Assembly (NCBI RefSeq): GCF_963921235.1 | Contig: NC_086097.1 | Coordinates: 178,066,001 to 178,130,000 of the forward strand | DNA: 64,000 bases | Origin: Mobula hypostoma | Taxonomy: Eukaryota | Direction: 5' to 3' | Shown here: piece after piece, positions 14,535 through 29,002 of the stretch | Layout: each line of letters begins with the position of its first letter | How positions within the stretch are numbered: position 1 is the first letter of the stretch | Position numbers and translations under genes: made by a program | The notes under the pieces: model-generated | What the model was told of the DNA's origin: nothing | Database searches by the model: none | What the model saw: only the letters and a program-made list of their open reading frames with translations

Positions 14535-15250
14535 ACTTAGAACATAGACACATTACAGGCACTTCAGTCCACAATATTTTGCTGACCATGTAACCTCCTC
14601 CAGAAACTGCCTAGAATTTCCCTACCATACAGCCCTGTGTGCACCTACCTAAGAGACTCTTAAAAGACCCTATTGTATTCGCTTCCACCACTACCACCGG
14701 CAGTGCATTCCATGCACCTACCACTCTATGTGAAAACCTTACCCCTGACATCCCCTCGGTATCTATTTCCAAGCACCTTAAAACTATTCCCCTTCATGTT
14801 AGCCACTGAAGCCTCTGACTATCCACATGATCAATGCTCATCATTATCTTATACACCCCTCTCAGGTCACCTCTCGTTCTCCGTCACTCCAAGGAGAAAA
14901 GGCCAAGTACACTCAACCTATTCTCATAAGGTATGCCCTCCAATCCAGGCAACATCCTTGTAAATCTCCTCTGCACTCTCTCTATAGTATCCATATCCTT
15001 CCTGGAGTGAGGTGACCAGAAATGAACACAGTGCTCCAAGTGGGGTCTGACCAAGGTCTTGTATAGCTGTAACATTACCTCACAACTCTTGAACTCAATC
15101 TTTGTACCCCATTACGAATTCCAACACACCATACACCCTCTTAACAACACTGTCAACCTGCGCAGCAGTTTTGAGTGTTTTATTGACATGGATCCCAAGA
15201 TCCCTCAGATCCTCCACACTGCCAAGAGTCTTACCATTTATATTAAATTG
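14535..15250 (-). mobile_element. CR1 3' fragment
   Basis: ORF 14884..15075 LYKTLVRPHLEHCVHFWSP. Confidence 0.85.
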
Positions 15251-15645
15251 TCTTCAAAGATTAATGAAGACAAATATAGGTCCCTTGCAGTCATGAAAAT
15301 AATAATGGGGTACAAAGAAATAATGGAGCAATTAAAGAAATGCAGGCTTTGACTAGAGGAAAAAGGATATAATAGAACCCAGAAACAGTAGTAAACCAAG
15401 AACTTAATGAGAAAGAGGAAGCCAAGGAAATTAGTATGGGGGGGGGGAAAGAGTGCTGGAGTGCTGGTGAAATGAATGAGACTAAAAGCTGATAAGTCCC
15501 CAAGGCCCAGTAATTTACATCCCAGTGAACTAAACAAGGTAAGTGTCAGAAATAGTGGCTAAAGGCCCTGTACTGTATAGTACGTGATTCTGGTCACAAG
15601 GGATGTATTCCAGTGGAAAAAATTGTGCCAAATTCTATTCTTTAC

Positions 15646-15765
15646 CTCATTTCCTGTTCCAAGGCTTGGTGAATCTGGGGTTTTTCTTTTCCTTGGTCCG
15701 ATGGCTGCAAGTGCTGCGAGATTTGCTTCCCGCTGTGCCAACTGTGCAAGTTCCAATTGTTGCAT
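15646..15765 (-). CDS. TAF4B: TAF4B coding exon, 120 nt (penultimate by homology)
   Basis: Acceptor ttgccttttgactag, donor GAG|gtaaag. Translates MQQLELAQLAQREANLAALAAIGPRKRKTPDSPSLGTGNE, containing the conserved ANLxALAAIGPRK motif. Confidence 0.96.
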
Positions 15766-16529
15766 CTAGTCAAAAGGCAAGAATTGATTTACCATCAGAA
15801 ACTGTCAGCTTTTTAAAATGCAATAAAGAATTAGCTCCTTTGGCAAAATGATCCATATCATCTTAATGCACCAAGGATCTCTGCTCGCCTCCTTTATCCA
15901 ATGGCACTCTCTCTACACTCTCTCCTTCAAGTTTATCCTCTTTGAACTTTGTTACTCACCTGGAATGATAATCTGCAGAAGTTTGTGTCACATTCTCTCA
16001 GCTTGTTTCTGAATTCTCCATTAGATTTATTTATGACCTTTTATGGTCCCTAGTTTTACTAAGTCCTTTCCCCTAATGTGAAAGTGTCACCACTGTGCCA
16101 CATTAGTCCTCTTGATATTAAAGGCCACTTTAAAGGCTCAAGTCTTGGAGCTCCACCTTCTTCAGTCCCTCTCATTAATAGCAGAATAACACTCCTCTGC
16201 ACCTCCCAAACAGTTGACAATGTGACAGGGAAATAACCTGCTTTGGAGAACGTTATGCATAGATCCATGTACTTGCAAGGTCAGCCTAAGGTCACAATTT
16301 TATCTCTTTCCCCCCCCCCCAAAGAAAAATAAATGTACATTTTCACATAGAGGAGACAATCATTTCCTATATAAATACAGCAATCAATTTCCCAACAAAT
16401 TGAGCCAGGCTGTTTCCTGTTCTGTACCTTTCTGACAGAGGGCCGTATCAGTATACACAGCTGCATCTTGCGATTCCAAGTCACCATGAGTTTCAATGTT
16501 AGGTAATGCCATTTCTAATCAGGTATTTA

Positions 16530-17075
16530 AATGTTTGGCATTCAACATCATCATCTCTACAGTACTAATCACCAAGCTTCTAAACTTGGGCCTCTGTATC
16601 TCCTGCTGCAACTGGATTCCTGAATTCTTCATTGGAAGACCACAGTCAGTACAGATCAGTGATAACACCTCCTTCTTGCTGACAATCAAAAAAAAAGGCG
16701 TAACACAAGGATGCGTGCTTAACCCACCGCTCAACTCTCTCTACACTCGTGGCTGCTCAGCTCAGATACCATTTATAAGTTTGCAGATATTACCACTGCT
16801 ACTCATAAAATCTCAGATAGCAATGATGTTTTGTATAGGAGTGAGATAGATTGGCTGGTTGAATAGTTTGCTTTCCCAACAACCTCATATTCAATGTCAA
16901 AAAGACTAAGGAATTGATTGTAGACTTCAGGAAGGTGAAGTTGGGAGAACATACACCAATCCTCATTGAGGGGTCAGTGGTGGAAAAGGTGACAATCTGT
17001 CTTGGCCCAACACCTTGATGCAACTATGAAAAAGACATACCAGTTGCTCAATTTTGTTAGGAGTTTGAGATTAAG
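16530..17075 (+). mobile_element. Degenerate Rex1/Babar fragment
   Basis: AFNII...[14 protein letters not shown]...QGCVLNP in ORF 16496..16849. Confidence 0.8.
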
Positions 17076-19665
17076 GAGATTGGTATGAAGGGATATGAAG
17101 AGGTTAAAAAAACTGGAATACTAACTGCAGACACAGAAATCTGAATCATCTACATTTTACTGCTCACAGCAGTGAGATACAATTACTATTTCAGAAGGTA
17201 ATTGGTCTATAGAATTATTTGGAAGGTTGTTGGAAAAGTGTGAAAACTCGATTGCTTTACTCTGAGCTGGTACCACACTTGATTGGGTGAACAACTGCTT
17301 TAGGAGCCGTGGCAATTCTGATTTATGAAAATGGAATTATACTGCCCCCATTTTAATGGAAAAGATGTCTGGTTCTGTCCTTCCAGTGTTCAGCCTGCAA
17401 CAAAGAAAAGACAAGCAAGGAAGATCGAAAGGAGAGCAGTAGTGCGACTAATTGAGATATTGCCTTAGATCCAGTGACCTGAGCTCAACCCTGATCTCTG
17501 GTGCAGCCTATGAGGAGTTTGTATGTTCTGTGGGGTAAAGTAGGTTTCTACCAGGTGTTTCATTTCCCTCCTGCATCCCAAAAGATTTATTGGTTACCTT
17601 AAATTGCTGCACGTTAGTTGGTGGCAGAATCAGAAAAAGTCAGTGGGTACAAGAGAGAGAATAGGCTGAATAGAAAAGGTGGGGACTGGGATTGTTCCAA
17701 GAACTTTCATAGGTGTGATGGATTGAATTACTCAAATTCTGAGAGAGCTGAGAGAAGCAATATTGGAGCGAGTAATAAAAATCACAGCATATCAGGATGC
17801 CACTCAGGTCTATACTCTATCCTTGAAATAGCAGCAGGGTTAGTCCTACAGCAGGGGTGGCAGAGTAATAGTTTACAGCCCCAATGATTGGGGTTCAATT
17901 CCCACCTCTGTCTGTAAGGAGTTTGTACGTTCACCCAGGTGCTCCGGTTTCCTCCCACATACATTCCAACGATGTATAGGCAGTAAGTTGTGGGCACTGG
18001 AAACATGCTGACACTTGCAGGTTGCCACCACCACATCCTTGGACAGCATTGGTTGCTGACCAAACAACACATTTCAGTGTATGTTTCGATGTACATGTGC
18101 TAATCTAATTGTTTATACATATCTCCACAGCTCCTCCTCCGTGATATATACAAATGTTTTTTTTTAAAAAAGACTTCTGCAATTAACTTCTCAGGACTGC
18201 TCAAGATACTTGGACAATGTGGGGCAGAAATGGCCTTTGCAAATCTGTGACCACTGGTATTACAGGTTTGGATACAAGAAGAGTAGTCCACACCTTGAAG
18301 GCATTAAAGTCATCACTTGACCTTCATCATCCCTGAAAGTACAGTCCCTTCTTTCCATTTGTCAGAGTCACAAGCTTTGGAGGGAAACGATATTCAATTA
18401 GTGTGGAGATAGAATGACCAGCCTTCCAGATGTGCCGGTGGTTTTGTGGGAGATGATTCTCAGAAACATACAGAGAGAGCAAGCAGCCCTTGAATAAAGA
18501 GACAAATGTCTGAGCTACTCAAATGAAGAATCCGTTTAAAAAAAAAGAAAGCTCTTCATCTGAGACATGCACTTCCCATGGAGAATATCAAAACAGAAAC
18601 AGCTACTTAAAAAGTTGCTTTATTAGCTGCGGGGCTGGTGTTAGTGATGGAGGTGGTGTCCATGGAAACTAATTTTTTCAGTTCCTTGGCTTTCATCAAA
18701 CACTTGTATTGTCTTTATTAGCATCTGTCGTCAAATCTTTAATCATGAAATGCGAATAGGCTTGATGATTTATTCAGCAGGGAAAAGAATCTGTAGGTCA
18801 AGTGAAAAATTTCACACACAGCATGAATGTTGGGTACTTTCATTTGTTTCCATTCCCTGACTGCCAGAAGCAAACACAAGTGAGCTCTAATATTAAGGCT
18901 CAATTAAAATTGGGTCCAATTAGTGGAGGTTTTCCTCCCGGCAACCAGTGCCAGGAAATGGATATTGGGAAAATGTAAAAGTGGGCTACTGTGCATCAGC
19001 AACAGCAGACATGAAATGAACTTATTTGTTGGTTTCTTCAGTTGCCGTGCAGGACCCTCTGGGAGTAAAAGCTTAAACCAGTCTAAGCTATAAAATAAAA
19101 AGCCCTGGAGCTAAACATGAACTGTGTGAAACAAGGGCTCCATCACAGAACAGAAAAAAAAACTGCTGGGCTTAGAAAATTAAAAGCCAGAGGCGTTTTC
19201 CATTTACAACTAAATCCCAGTTCCACCTCTAAGCGAACGAATTATAAACAGCAACAGATTTACAAAATGAGTATTTATCCAAAAATATGTAACCCATTGT
19301 GATATTACCAAATAACAAATCCTAAACTTTAATGCAAGAAATAAATTCATCTCTCAATTATACATGCAGCTAGAATTCTTAAGATAACTTTTTTAAAAAG
19401 ACAAAACTAAGTAACCCTGGGGCTGCAAAGAAATTCCCACTCCCTCCTGCTTGACGTGACCTTACTTTGCAAGTCGCCCTTGCCTTCAGCAGTTCCTGTC
19501 CTTGCCCAAGGCCCATGACCTCCAACACAGAAAACGGCACACAATGACTATACAAATCATGACCTAAATACCAGGAGATTGATGGTCCCACCCTGCAAAG
19601 AAAGTTCCATGTGCAAAAACAAAAGGAAAAGGAAAAGCGAAGAGGATAGTTGCACTAAAATTCAC

Positions 19666-19722
19666 CTCTTTGGCTCTTTGTTTCAATCGAAGTTGTTCTG
19701 GATCTTCATGCTTGGCGCGACT
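19666..19722 (-). CDS. TAF4B: TAF4B coding exon, 57 nt
   Basis: Acceptor cctttcaatcaccag, donor GAG|gtgaat. Translates SRAKHEDPEQLRLKQRAKE, containing the conserved EDPEQLRLKQ motif. Confidence 0.96.
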
Positions 19723-21587
19723 CTGGTGATTGAAAGGAGAGGGAAGATGAATCAGATTAGCAGTTAATTTTCTCCTCATATTCAATGTATCACCTCTGTA
19801 TTAACCATTAACATTTAACACCTTCAGACTGCAAAGTAACAGACTGGTAGACTGATAGATTTATTTTTATCACATGTATAGTGAAAAGCTTGTCTTGCAT
19901 CCATCTATACACATCATTTCATTACAGTAGTGCATTGAGGTAGTACATGTAAAACAATAACAACACAGAATAAAGTGGAATAAAGTGTCACAGAGAAAGT
20001 GCAGTGTAGGTAGACAATAAGATACAAGACTACAATGAGGTAGATCAGGTGGTTAGGAGACTATTTTATTGTACAAGAGGTCTGTTCAATAGTCTTATAT
20101 TAAAAAAAATCGGAGAGAAGCTCTCCTTCAGCAACAAATTTTTACTTAGAGATACAGCACAGAACAGGCCCTTCCAGCCCAGCAGGCTGCACTGCCCAGC
20201 AACACACCTATTTAACCCTAGCCTAATCACAGGACAATTTAGTGACCAATTTACCTGCTAACCTGTAAGTGTAATATGGGAGGAAACTGGAGCATCCGGA
20301 GGAAACCTATGCGCTTCACGGGAAGGATATACAAACTTCTTGCAGAAGGTGTCAGAATTGAACTCAGACACCCCGAGTGTAATATCCCCCTCTCAACACA
20401 CACACACACAGGATGGTGAGTATATGGAACAATCTTCCAGTGGAAGTGGCAGAGGAGGGTACAATTACAATGTTTAAAAGATATTCAAACAGTACACGGA
20501 TAGGACAAGTTACAAGGAAATAAGCCAAATGCAGGCAAATGCGATTAGTTTAGATAGGCATCTTCCTTGGCATAGACAAGTTGGTCTGAAGGGCCCATTT
20601 CCAGGCTGTATAACCTTATGAATCTATACACATTCACACAAAAATTGAAGCTAAACAACAAAGGATAAATTAAATTTTCACTATAGTTCATAATTATATT
20701 GACAGCACAGACTCTTATTGATCTTGTAGTTATTTGAAATGCAGCATTAGTGCCCACAGTTTGGCCATTAAAGCTATAAAGCCTTGTTCAAAGCTTTTCT
20801 TTTGGGATCTAGATTCCCTTCTGAACAATTCACAAATCTGTTTCCATTGTCCCTTCAGGCAGAGCATTCCAGATCTTAAAATGAGTAAATTGATTTATTA
20901 TTGCCATATGTATTGAGGCACAGAGCCTTACATACCATTCACACATTACAACAGGACATTGAGTTAGTACAGGGTAAAACAATAGCAAAGCTGAAGTGCA
21001 GGTATATAGTAAGGTCCCAGAGCCAAAATGAGGGAGATTGCAAGGTCAGGAGTTCATCTCATCATAAAGGAAGCATTCAATAGACTCATATGTCCTTGGG
21101 CCAAGTGACATGTGCTTTCAGGCTTTTTATCTTCTGCTTGATGGAAGAGGGAAAAGATAAAATATCCAGGATAAGTAGACTCTTTGGTTGTGCTGGTTAC
21201 CTTACTAAGGCAGCTATAAGCATTGACACAATCTATGGAGGGAAGTGTGGTTTCCATGATGTGCTGAGTTGTGTCCACAACTCTGTAGTTTCTTGCATAT
21301 TTGAGGGCAAAAAAAATCCCAATCACCTATCTGGTTCTTCCACACAGGACCATAAATCCTTATCTTGGGTCACTAGCTTCTGCCCTGAAATGACAGCATC
21401 TTACTTAGTTCAAAACCTTCCATGATTTGGAAGTAACTTAGAAATCTCTTTTCCCCAAAGTTTTTAAGACACTGCCTCAGAGCTTGGGCATCCAAAACAA
21501 GTCTGGCAATGGTCATATGTGCTGGCATTTGTGCAAAATGGGTACAAATAGCTCAAAGTATGCAGAAGATGGCATGTTTACTAGCAC

Positions 21588-21725
21588 CCAAACACGAGAA
21601 AATCTGCAGATGCTGGAAATTCAAGCCACACACACAAAATGCTGGTGGAATGCAGCAGGCCAAGCAGCATCTATAGGAAGAAGTACAGTTGACATTTCGG
21701 GCCGAGACCCTTCGTCAAGACTAGC
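21588..21725 (-). mobile_element. Penelope pLTR 3' end with tail
   Basis: aaatctgcagatgctggaaattcaag...gccgagacccttcgtcaagact, homologous to the foldback arms. Confidence 0.8.
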
Positions 21726-22687
21726 ATTGATAGGTTGACAGACTTTCCTGTACCAGAGTCTTACAGTTTTAAGTCACCAACAGCCTCTAAGCTGTTGTTA
21801 TAGCCATTGTATCTCTGTGACACGTCCAGCTAAATTTCTGGTCATTGGTGACCATCAGGATTTGATAATGGCAATGCCACTAAGTGTCTAGGGTAAGTGA
21901 CTAGACTCTCTCTCTCTCTCTCTCATGGAAATAAGAAATGCTAGGCACTTTGTTACTTGCGGTCCACTGCCAAATGCTCCATAATCATGCTGTATACAGG
22001 TATGAGTTACTTTATTTTTGAGGATCACTTTGGACTAATAATGGAAGATTACTGAAGCTGCTGAAGGTGGTTGGTCCATGGATGATCCCCTGAGGATCTC
22101 CTACGGTGATGTCTTGAAAGTAAGATGATTGACCAACCACAATCTTCTTTCTTTGAGGAGGTTACAATCCAAGATTTTTCCCTGATGCCCATCTGGTTCA
22201 ATTTTACCAGTAATGTAAACTCCAGGATGTCAGGCAGAACAGGGTAATGAGACAGATTGATCCACAAGTTGAAAAATTAAGATGTAGTTATTTTAAGCAA
22301 TTTCATGCAACTGATCATTGTCCAAAGCAATAATCCAAACAAGGAGATTTGTTTCTTTTATTGTGCAGAGTGGTAAGAACATGGAAGAGACCACCAGCAA
22401 GAGCAGTTCACGCATTCTAATTAACCTCTACACATCTGGACAACTTCGGAATTAGTTTATTATCACATGTACCAAGATAGTGTAAAGATTGTCTTGCATA
22501 CTGTTCATACAGAGTAATTCATTAATAGTGCATTGAGGTAGAACATGGAAAAACAATAAGAGAATGTGGACTGAAGTCGATCAAATTTTCGACAACATTA
22601 AATAACTCAAATTTATGAGCTTGCCATTGAAGAGGTTAGAAACAATACCACTTTAAACATGGAAATTTCCAGTTGTTTAACCTGGTA

Positions 22688-24295
22688 CAGGTGTCCCCCG
22701 CTTTTCGAACGTTCGCTTTACGAAACCTCACTGTTACGAAAGACCTACATTAGTTACCTGTTTTCGCTAACAGAAGGTGTTTTCACTGTTACGAAAAAAA
22801 GCAGCGCGCGCCCCGAACAGCCGCTCTCCCCCGGTTTTGGAACGGCATTCTCGCCGGCATTGCTTAAACACGTGCCTGTCAGCAGTCGCTTGCAAGATGA
22901 GTTCTAAGGTATTGGAAAAGCCTGAAAGAGCTCGTAAGGGTGTTACACAGCGTAAAACTAGACATAATTAAGCGTTTCGATCGTGGTGAATGAAGTAAGG
23001 ACAAAGTGAGTTTGGCTTGTGGAAGTTGACAAAGATGATGTTGAAGAGGTTTTGGCATCCCATGACCTAGAACTGATAGATGAAGAGGTGATGCAATTGG
23101 AAGAGGAAAGGATAACAATCGAAACCAAATGCAGTAGCGAAGTTGTCCAGGAACTGAACGTGAAGCAACTGCATGAGATTTTCACTGCAATGATAAAGTA
23201 CGACTTTAATTTTGAAAGGCTACGTCAGTTTAGGGCATATTTGCAGGATGGTTTGAGTACTTACAAAGAAATGTATGACCTAAAAATGTGCGAGGCTAAG
23301 CAGTCAAGCAAGCCTTCCACATCAGCCACAGCAGACGACAAACCTGGACCTTCGACATCGAGGCAGGCAGACACAGAAGAAGATGACCTGCCTACCCTCA
23401 TGGAAACAGACGACGAGATGACACCCCAGAGTCCCACCACCCCAAACCCCGGGCCGCGGACAGATACCGATCCGCAGAGAATGCAGTGGTAGCCGGGAGG
23501 CACCCAACACATCTTTAAGAGGAAAGCCAAAATAAACAAGCTAATTAATTAGGTGCCACCCGGCATGTAAATGTCGGCCCAGATCAGAGACGATTGCCAA
23601 TTGTGTCGCCTCTGATCTGGGCCGACATTTACGTGCCGGGCAGCATCTAATTAATTAGCTTGTTTATTTCAGCTTTTCTCTTAAAGGTGTGCTGGATGCG
23701 TCCCAGCTACCGCCGTACCCCTGCATGCTTCGCGGATCAGTATCAATTCGCTGCCCGGAGGGTGGGGGCCACTGCACCACCCCAACCTCCGACGACTCAG
23801 CCTAACACACCATCAGTGTGCTCGCTGTCTTCCTGATTCCCGTAAGTGATACTACACTGTACATACATTATTTCTACTTTATATCGGCTGTGTATTTTTG
23901 TGTTATTTGGTATGATTTGGCAGCTTCGTAGCTTAAAGGTTACTGGAGAGCGCTTGCACCATGTCTCTGCCAACAGCGCTTGCGCTGTGCTTTTGCCGAG
24001 AGCGCTTGCGTGAGATTTTCGCTACGGAGAATAGTGCAGGCAATTATTGTGGAAAAGTATTTCTACTTCATATAGGCTGTGTATTCATCATATCATTCCA
24101 GCTTTTACTATATGTTACTGTTATTTTAGGTTTTGTGTGTTATTTGGCATGATTTGATAGGTTATTTTTGGGTCTGCGAACACTCACAAATTTTTCCCAT
24201 ATAAATAAATGGTAATTGCTTCTTCGCTTTACGACATTCCGGCTTATGAACCGTTTTATAGAAACGCTCTACCTTCAGATGGCGGGGGAAACCTG
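22688..24295 (+). mobile_element. Internally deleted Tigger/pogo-family DNA transposon
   Basis: TA on both flanks (22686-22687, 24296-24297). Imperfect TIRs CAGGTGTCCCCCGC.../...GCGGGGGAAACCTG. Remnants of a CENP-B-like N-terminal HTH (KLDIIKRFDRGE) are fused to the transposase C-terminus (EVDKDDVEEVLASHDLELIDEE, ORF 23019..23492). The DDE core is missing. Confidence 0.88.
23434..23768. repeat. Long imperfect inverted repeat inside the Tigger element
   Basis: The left arm ends ...gtcggcccagatcagagacga (23593). After a 12-nt loop the right arm starts tcgcctctgatctgggccgac (23606). Each arm carries the palindrome ctaattaattag. Confidence 0.85.
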
Positions 24296-27200
24296 TAATA
24301 TACCATTCATTCCACCAATACAGATATTTAAAACAAGCAGCTTCCAATTTTTTTTTTTGTGTAGAGCTGCTAACTTGTCTTGGATTGCTCGCAAGTTATT
24401 AGGAATCAAGACGAAATATTTACAACAGTAAGGCAAGAAAATTAAAACCAACATTTAAAGAATATTTTTTCTTTTTTTATTAAATAAACAACCTCAGTTT
24501 CTAGAATCCGTGTCAGAACTCAGAAACAGATATTTTTGGCCCATTATATCCATGCTGACCATAAATGATCCATTTACACCACTGCAATTTGCCAGTTTTT
24601 CGTTCATAACATTCAATGCCCTGACAATTCAAGTATTTGACAAGACACTGAGGTATTGAGAGTACCTGTCTCACTACTGCCTCAGGTATAGAGTTCCAGA
24701 TTGAGAGCACCTGCTAAATGAAAAACAATCCTCCTTATACTTAAACTTTTCCCTCACCCTAAACCCATGTATTCTGACATACATTATGGAAACAGTTACC
24801 AAATAACTGGTCTGTTATGCCTCCCAATTTTGACCACATCAGCATGGAATGGAAACATCAAGAACAAGCTTGCATGTTGGTAAGCAAGTACAAATAAACA
24901 TTATGTGTATTTGTGATGGCTCAGTTGGTAGGACAAGGCAAAAGCTGCTATGTTATTGATGGTTGTCTTCCCTGTAGTTGCGATAAGAGTTCCTATTGTA
25001 AAACATTTCATCCTTCCTGGTCAATAGTTATCCCTTGAACAATATTAGTAGGAATAAATTGCCTGTAAGAAAATTGTTGGGTTCAACTTGGCTGTTATAT
25101 TTCCTTCATTAAGCCAAAAAGCAATGTTTCAAAAGTATTTCATTGGTTAGCAAGAACTGTAGACACCTCGATTTCACTAAGGGTACTATAGAATTCCAAA
25201 CACACATTGACCTTATTCTTTACCTTGCTGCACTGCAAAAACATAAAACAACAGAGCACAAGAACAAGCCCTACAGCACACCATGTTGTGGCAAACTAAT
25301 TAAGCTAATGATACTTAACTAAACTAATCCCTTCTGGCTGCGCATGGCACAATCTCCATCAGCACAGGTACACCACAAGGCTCTGTGCTTAGCCCCTTGC
25401 TCTACTCGCTTTACACTTATTACTGTGGGGCTAAGCACAGCTCCAATGCCATATTCAAGCCTGCTGATAACACCACTGTTGTAGGCTGAATCAAAGGTGG
25501 TGATGAATCAGCACATAGGAGGGAGACCGAAAATCTGGGATAAGTTAAACAAGTAGCTTGAAATGTGGAGGGAAGAGGAGTGAACAAAAAGGTCTGCAAT
25601 TGGTGAAGGAAAGGGGACAGCAACACCAAGAGAGGGTGGAACAAGTACATAAAGGCCTAAGAAGCATAAATAGGACCAGCAGCATTATCAGACATCACAC
25701 AAGAATGGAGTTGTTGAGATTCTAAAAAGCAGAAAACACTTAAAAGTGCTGATTAGCTGAACCATATTGAATTCAATGCTGAAAAATGTGATTGCCCAAT
25801 CAGGTGCAGATTACGTTGGGTTCTTGTGAATTGCCAGGAGATCTGTTAAAAGCCTCATGCACATTTTATTTTATTTAGCGATACAGCACAAAGTAGACCG
25901 TTCCAGTCCTTCGAGAAGCGACACCCCAGCAACACTTGACAACCCCAGTTTAACCCAGACCTAATCATGGGACCATTTACAATGTCCAATTAACCTACCA
26001 GGTAGATCTTTGGACTGTGGGAGGAAACTGCAGCAGTCAGGGAAAACTCACACATTTCACAGGGGTATCGTAGAGACACCTTACAGAGGACATTGGTATT
26101 GAACTCTGAACTTCCAAGCCCCAGCTGTAATAGCTTTTTGCTAACCACTATACTACCGTGGCTCTCATTTGGAGAATGGTGCCATCAGCTCCCCCAGTGC
26201 TAGCCTAGTTCACTCATACACTCCTAGTTCTAACCTGTTCCTAATACAGCCTTCAACATATTTAAAAATGCTATATGCAGGAAGTAGAAACAGAAACAAA
26301 AGGGATTTGCAAGAATTAAATAATACCTTGCAGCCAGATTTTAAAATCACTGCAGCTCTTTCAAGATAGTCAGCAGTTATTTTTGTTCAAAAATAATAGA
26401 ATTGGCTTTTACTCACTAGCCTCAAGGCAGGAAGAGGAACAAAAACTACAGATGCATTTTGGATTCAGATTGAACAAAGACAACAAACAGTCCAGTGTTA
26501 TGGCGGCAAGAAGAGCTAGTAATGAGGCACAGAGCCCATGGAACTCCACTACTTAGATATGCCAAACCACATCAGGACATTATCTAGACATGCAGATACT
26601 GCAATTAGAATCAAATGGTTAGATGCTTTTAAATTGTTCACTGTTTTTGCCCTAGTTCTAATGGCTTCTTGAACACAAGTTGTTTTGAAAGGCAGACACA
26701 CACACACACACACACACACAGAGCCAACCATATTGCCAAACGTCAAATACCATGGACTGCAGGTCACACTCTCTCTCAAGAGTGTGTGTGTGTGTGTTTG
26801 TTTGTGTTTGTGTGTGAATTAGATGGATAGGTCAGTCATGACCTATTTTCCAGGATTTAAACCCAGCAATGAAGTGCCATGTTTTAGTTCCCAAGTCATG
26901 TGAGGAGAATATGCAGATTTTAATCTTTTTATCTCGGGCCATGCTTGTAAGTTTGTTTTTGAGAAGACAGTGAGCACTGTGTAGTTTGGAACATTGATCT
27001 CTAACCCCTCTTCCCAGGCTCTGGCAAAAGTTGATGATGCTAGTGAGGCAAACCTTTTGGGGGAAAAACATTTGAAATGCACAAGGATCAATGTACATTC
27101 ACTCTGGAAGGTATGTGCCTTCAGAGACCAAGTATGCATCAGAATGACTGGTAGCATTTGTCCCAAACTACTTCAGTCAACGTTAGGTAATAGTGTAGAA

Positions 27201-28876
27201 AACGCAGCTGTCCAGTTCTGCATTGTCCATAACTGGGGTAATCCAAGGGTTACCTTTGCTCACTCTAGAATACTGCCTTCTCAAAAATCACACAAACATC
27301 TTGCGGCTTAGATCTATTGCCTAAACCTTTACAGCATTGTAGAAGAACTTTCAGTTGACGCTGTGATTCAAGCTAACAGTTTATTATGACCTTAAATAGC
27401 AACATGCAAGAACAAGGGGAGAATAAATGATAGGCTGGAATAAAATATTGCACACACAGCAATCCACAACTTGAATATTTGAATCATAGTCTAGAGTACC
27501 CGCCAGACTGGACTTGCGCCGAGTTCCATCTATCTGCACCGTATCCCTCCATATCTCTCTCATCATGTCCCTATCCAAAATTCTCTTCAGTGTAACAACT
27601 GAAATCACATTTACCACCTCCACTGGCAACTTGCTCCACACACACAACACCCTCAGAGTGAAGTTATCCCTCAAATATCTCACCTTTTACTCTAAACCTC
27701 TAAGTTTAGAGGGAAAAGTGACACATTTACAGAAATCTAAGAGGAAAAAATATGAAAGCATTAACGTTATGTCCCTCATAATCTTGTATACCTTTATAAG
27801 ATTTCCCCTCATTCTTCCCTGTAACTCAGGTGTCAAGTCCCAGCAACATCCTTGTAAATTTTCTCTGCACTCTTTCAAGCTTATTGTTATCTTGATTTCA
27901 TTGTTTAAAAACCCTGTCATTTCCAAAATAGATTCCTCCGACAATTACCAGATCTATTGTCATATTACAGCTCAACACCATTTTTACCACAGCACCATAT
28001 TTTTTATTCCCAACTTCAGCAATCAGTCCTCCAGCCATTTTATCTATTGCCATCACATTACATGAGAACAGAGACTTCTGGCCAGGTACATTCTTCTGAG
28101 ATTCTGCCTTCAGTCCATTGGTCTGCAAGATTACTACAAACCCCTTAAGGCTGCATTGATTTTGTTTCAGAGCTGTGTATAAAGATAGATTTGCATCCGG
28201 TTCAGCTGATCGCAAAGTGCTTCATATACTTCTGAAGTGCAACCACTGCAGAGATCCAAGAAACAAAGCAGCCAATTTTCACACAGCAATATCCCACAAA
28301 CTATGTTAAAGATGAGAACATCCATTTTTTTTGATGTAGATTAACACTCAAGCATTGGACAGAGTTCCTAGATGAGAACATGGAAAGGAGATGTTCAGAA
28401 GGTTCTGGGCAGCTAGGACTAGCTTGCAGGGTAAGGTGTTTGGATGAGTTGGGCTGAAAGGCCCATTTCATGCTCAATAACCACGGCCAAAGCTCCAATT
28501 AACTACTGGCATTTGACTCTACTTTCACCTTGGCCCATGGTTTAACTGCTTCAGTGGAAAGCAACATATGTGGCCAGCATAGCCAATAATTAAGCACAAA
28601 TTTCAAGAGTGGGGCCTTGTCAGGACTGGAAAGGAAGTGGGGTACAGAAGCCAGAATAAAGACCCTTTAGTCCCGGTGCAGGCTCTCTGCTTATAACATC
28701 AATTATCCCTCTGCTCCCACAGATGCTGCCTGACCTGCCAAGTTTCCTCAGTAGTTTTTAGCATTTCTAAACTCACATAGCGAAGGCAGACGACACAGGA
28801 TGTAGAATGGGTACAGATGCTTCATGGCAACATTAAGCTTCTTGCAACCACCTGGTAAATTTCTAAAAATCCTTAC

Positions 28877-29002
28877 CTTTGCCAATCGCAGCATTGTTTC
28901 TCTCTCATCCTCATCTTTCCGCTGCTTCTCCAGCCGATCCAACTGCTCAAAGAACTTCAGCTGTGATCGGGTGTCACTTAGTAAGCCGTATTGGTCATTG
29001 TC
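28877..29002 (-). CDS. TAF4B: TAF4B coding exon, 126 nt
   Basis: Acceptor ttccattctgcag, donor AAG|gtaagg. Translates DNDQYGLLSDTRSQLKFFEQLDRLEKQRKDEDERETMLRLAK (inside ORF 28748..29059). SDTRSQLKF matches TAF4B. Confidence 0.96.

Noticed and set aside
26696..26816. (CA)n followed by (TG)n forming a potential foldback
   Set aside because: Ordinary adjacent microsatellites with no further structure.
27514..28065. 183-aa plus-strand ORF
   Set aside because: Antisense reading of a degenerate CR1 3' fragment.
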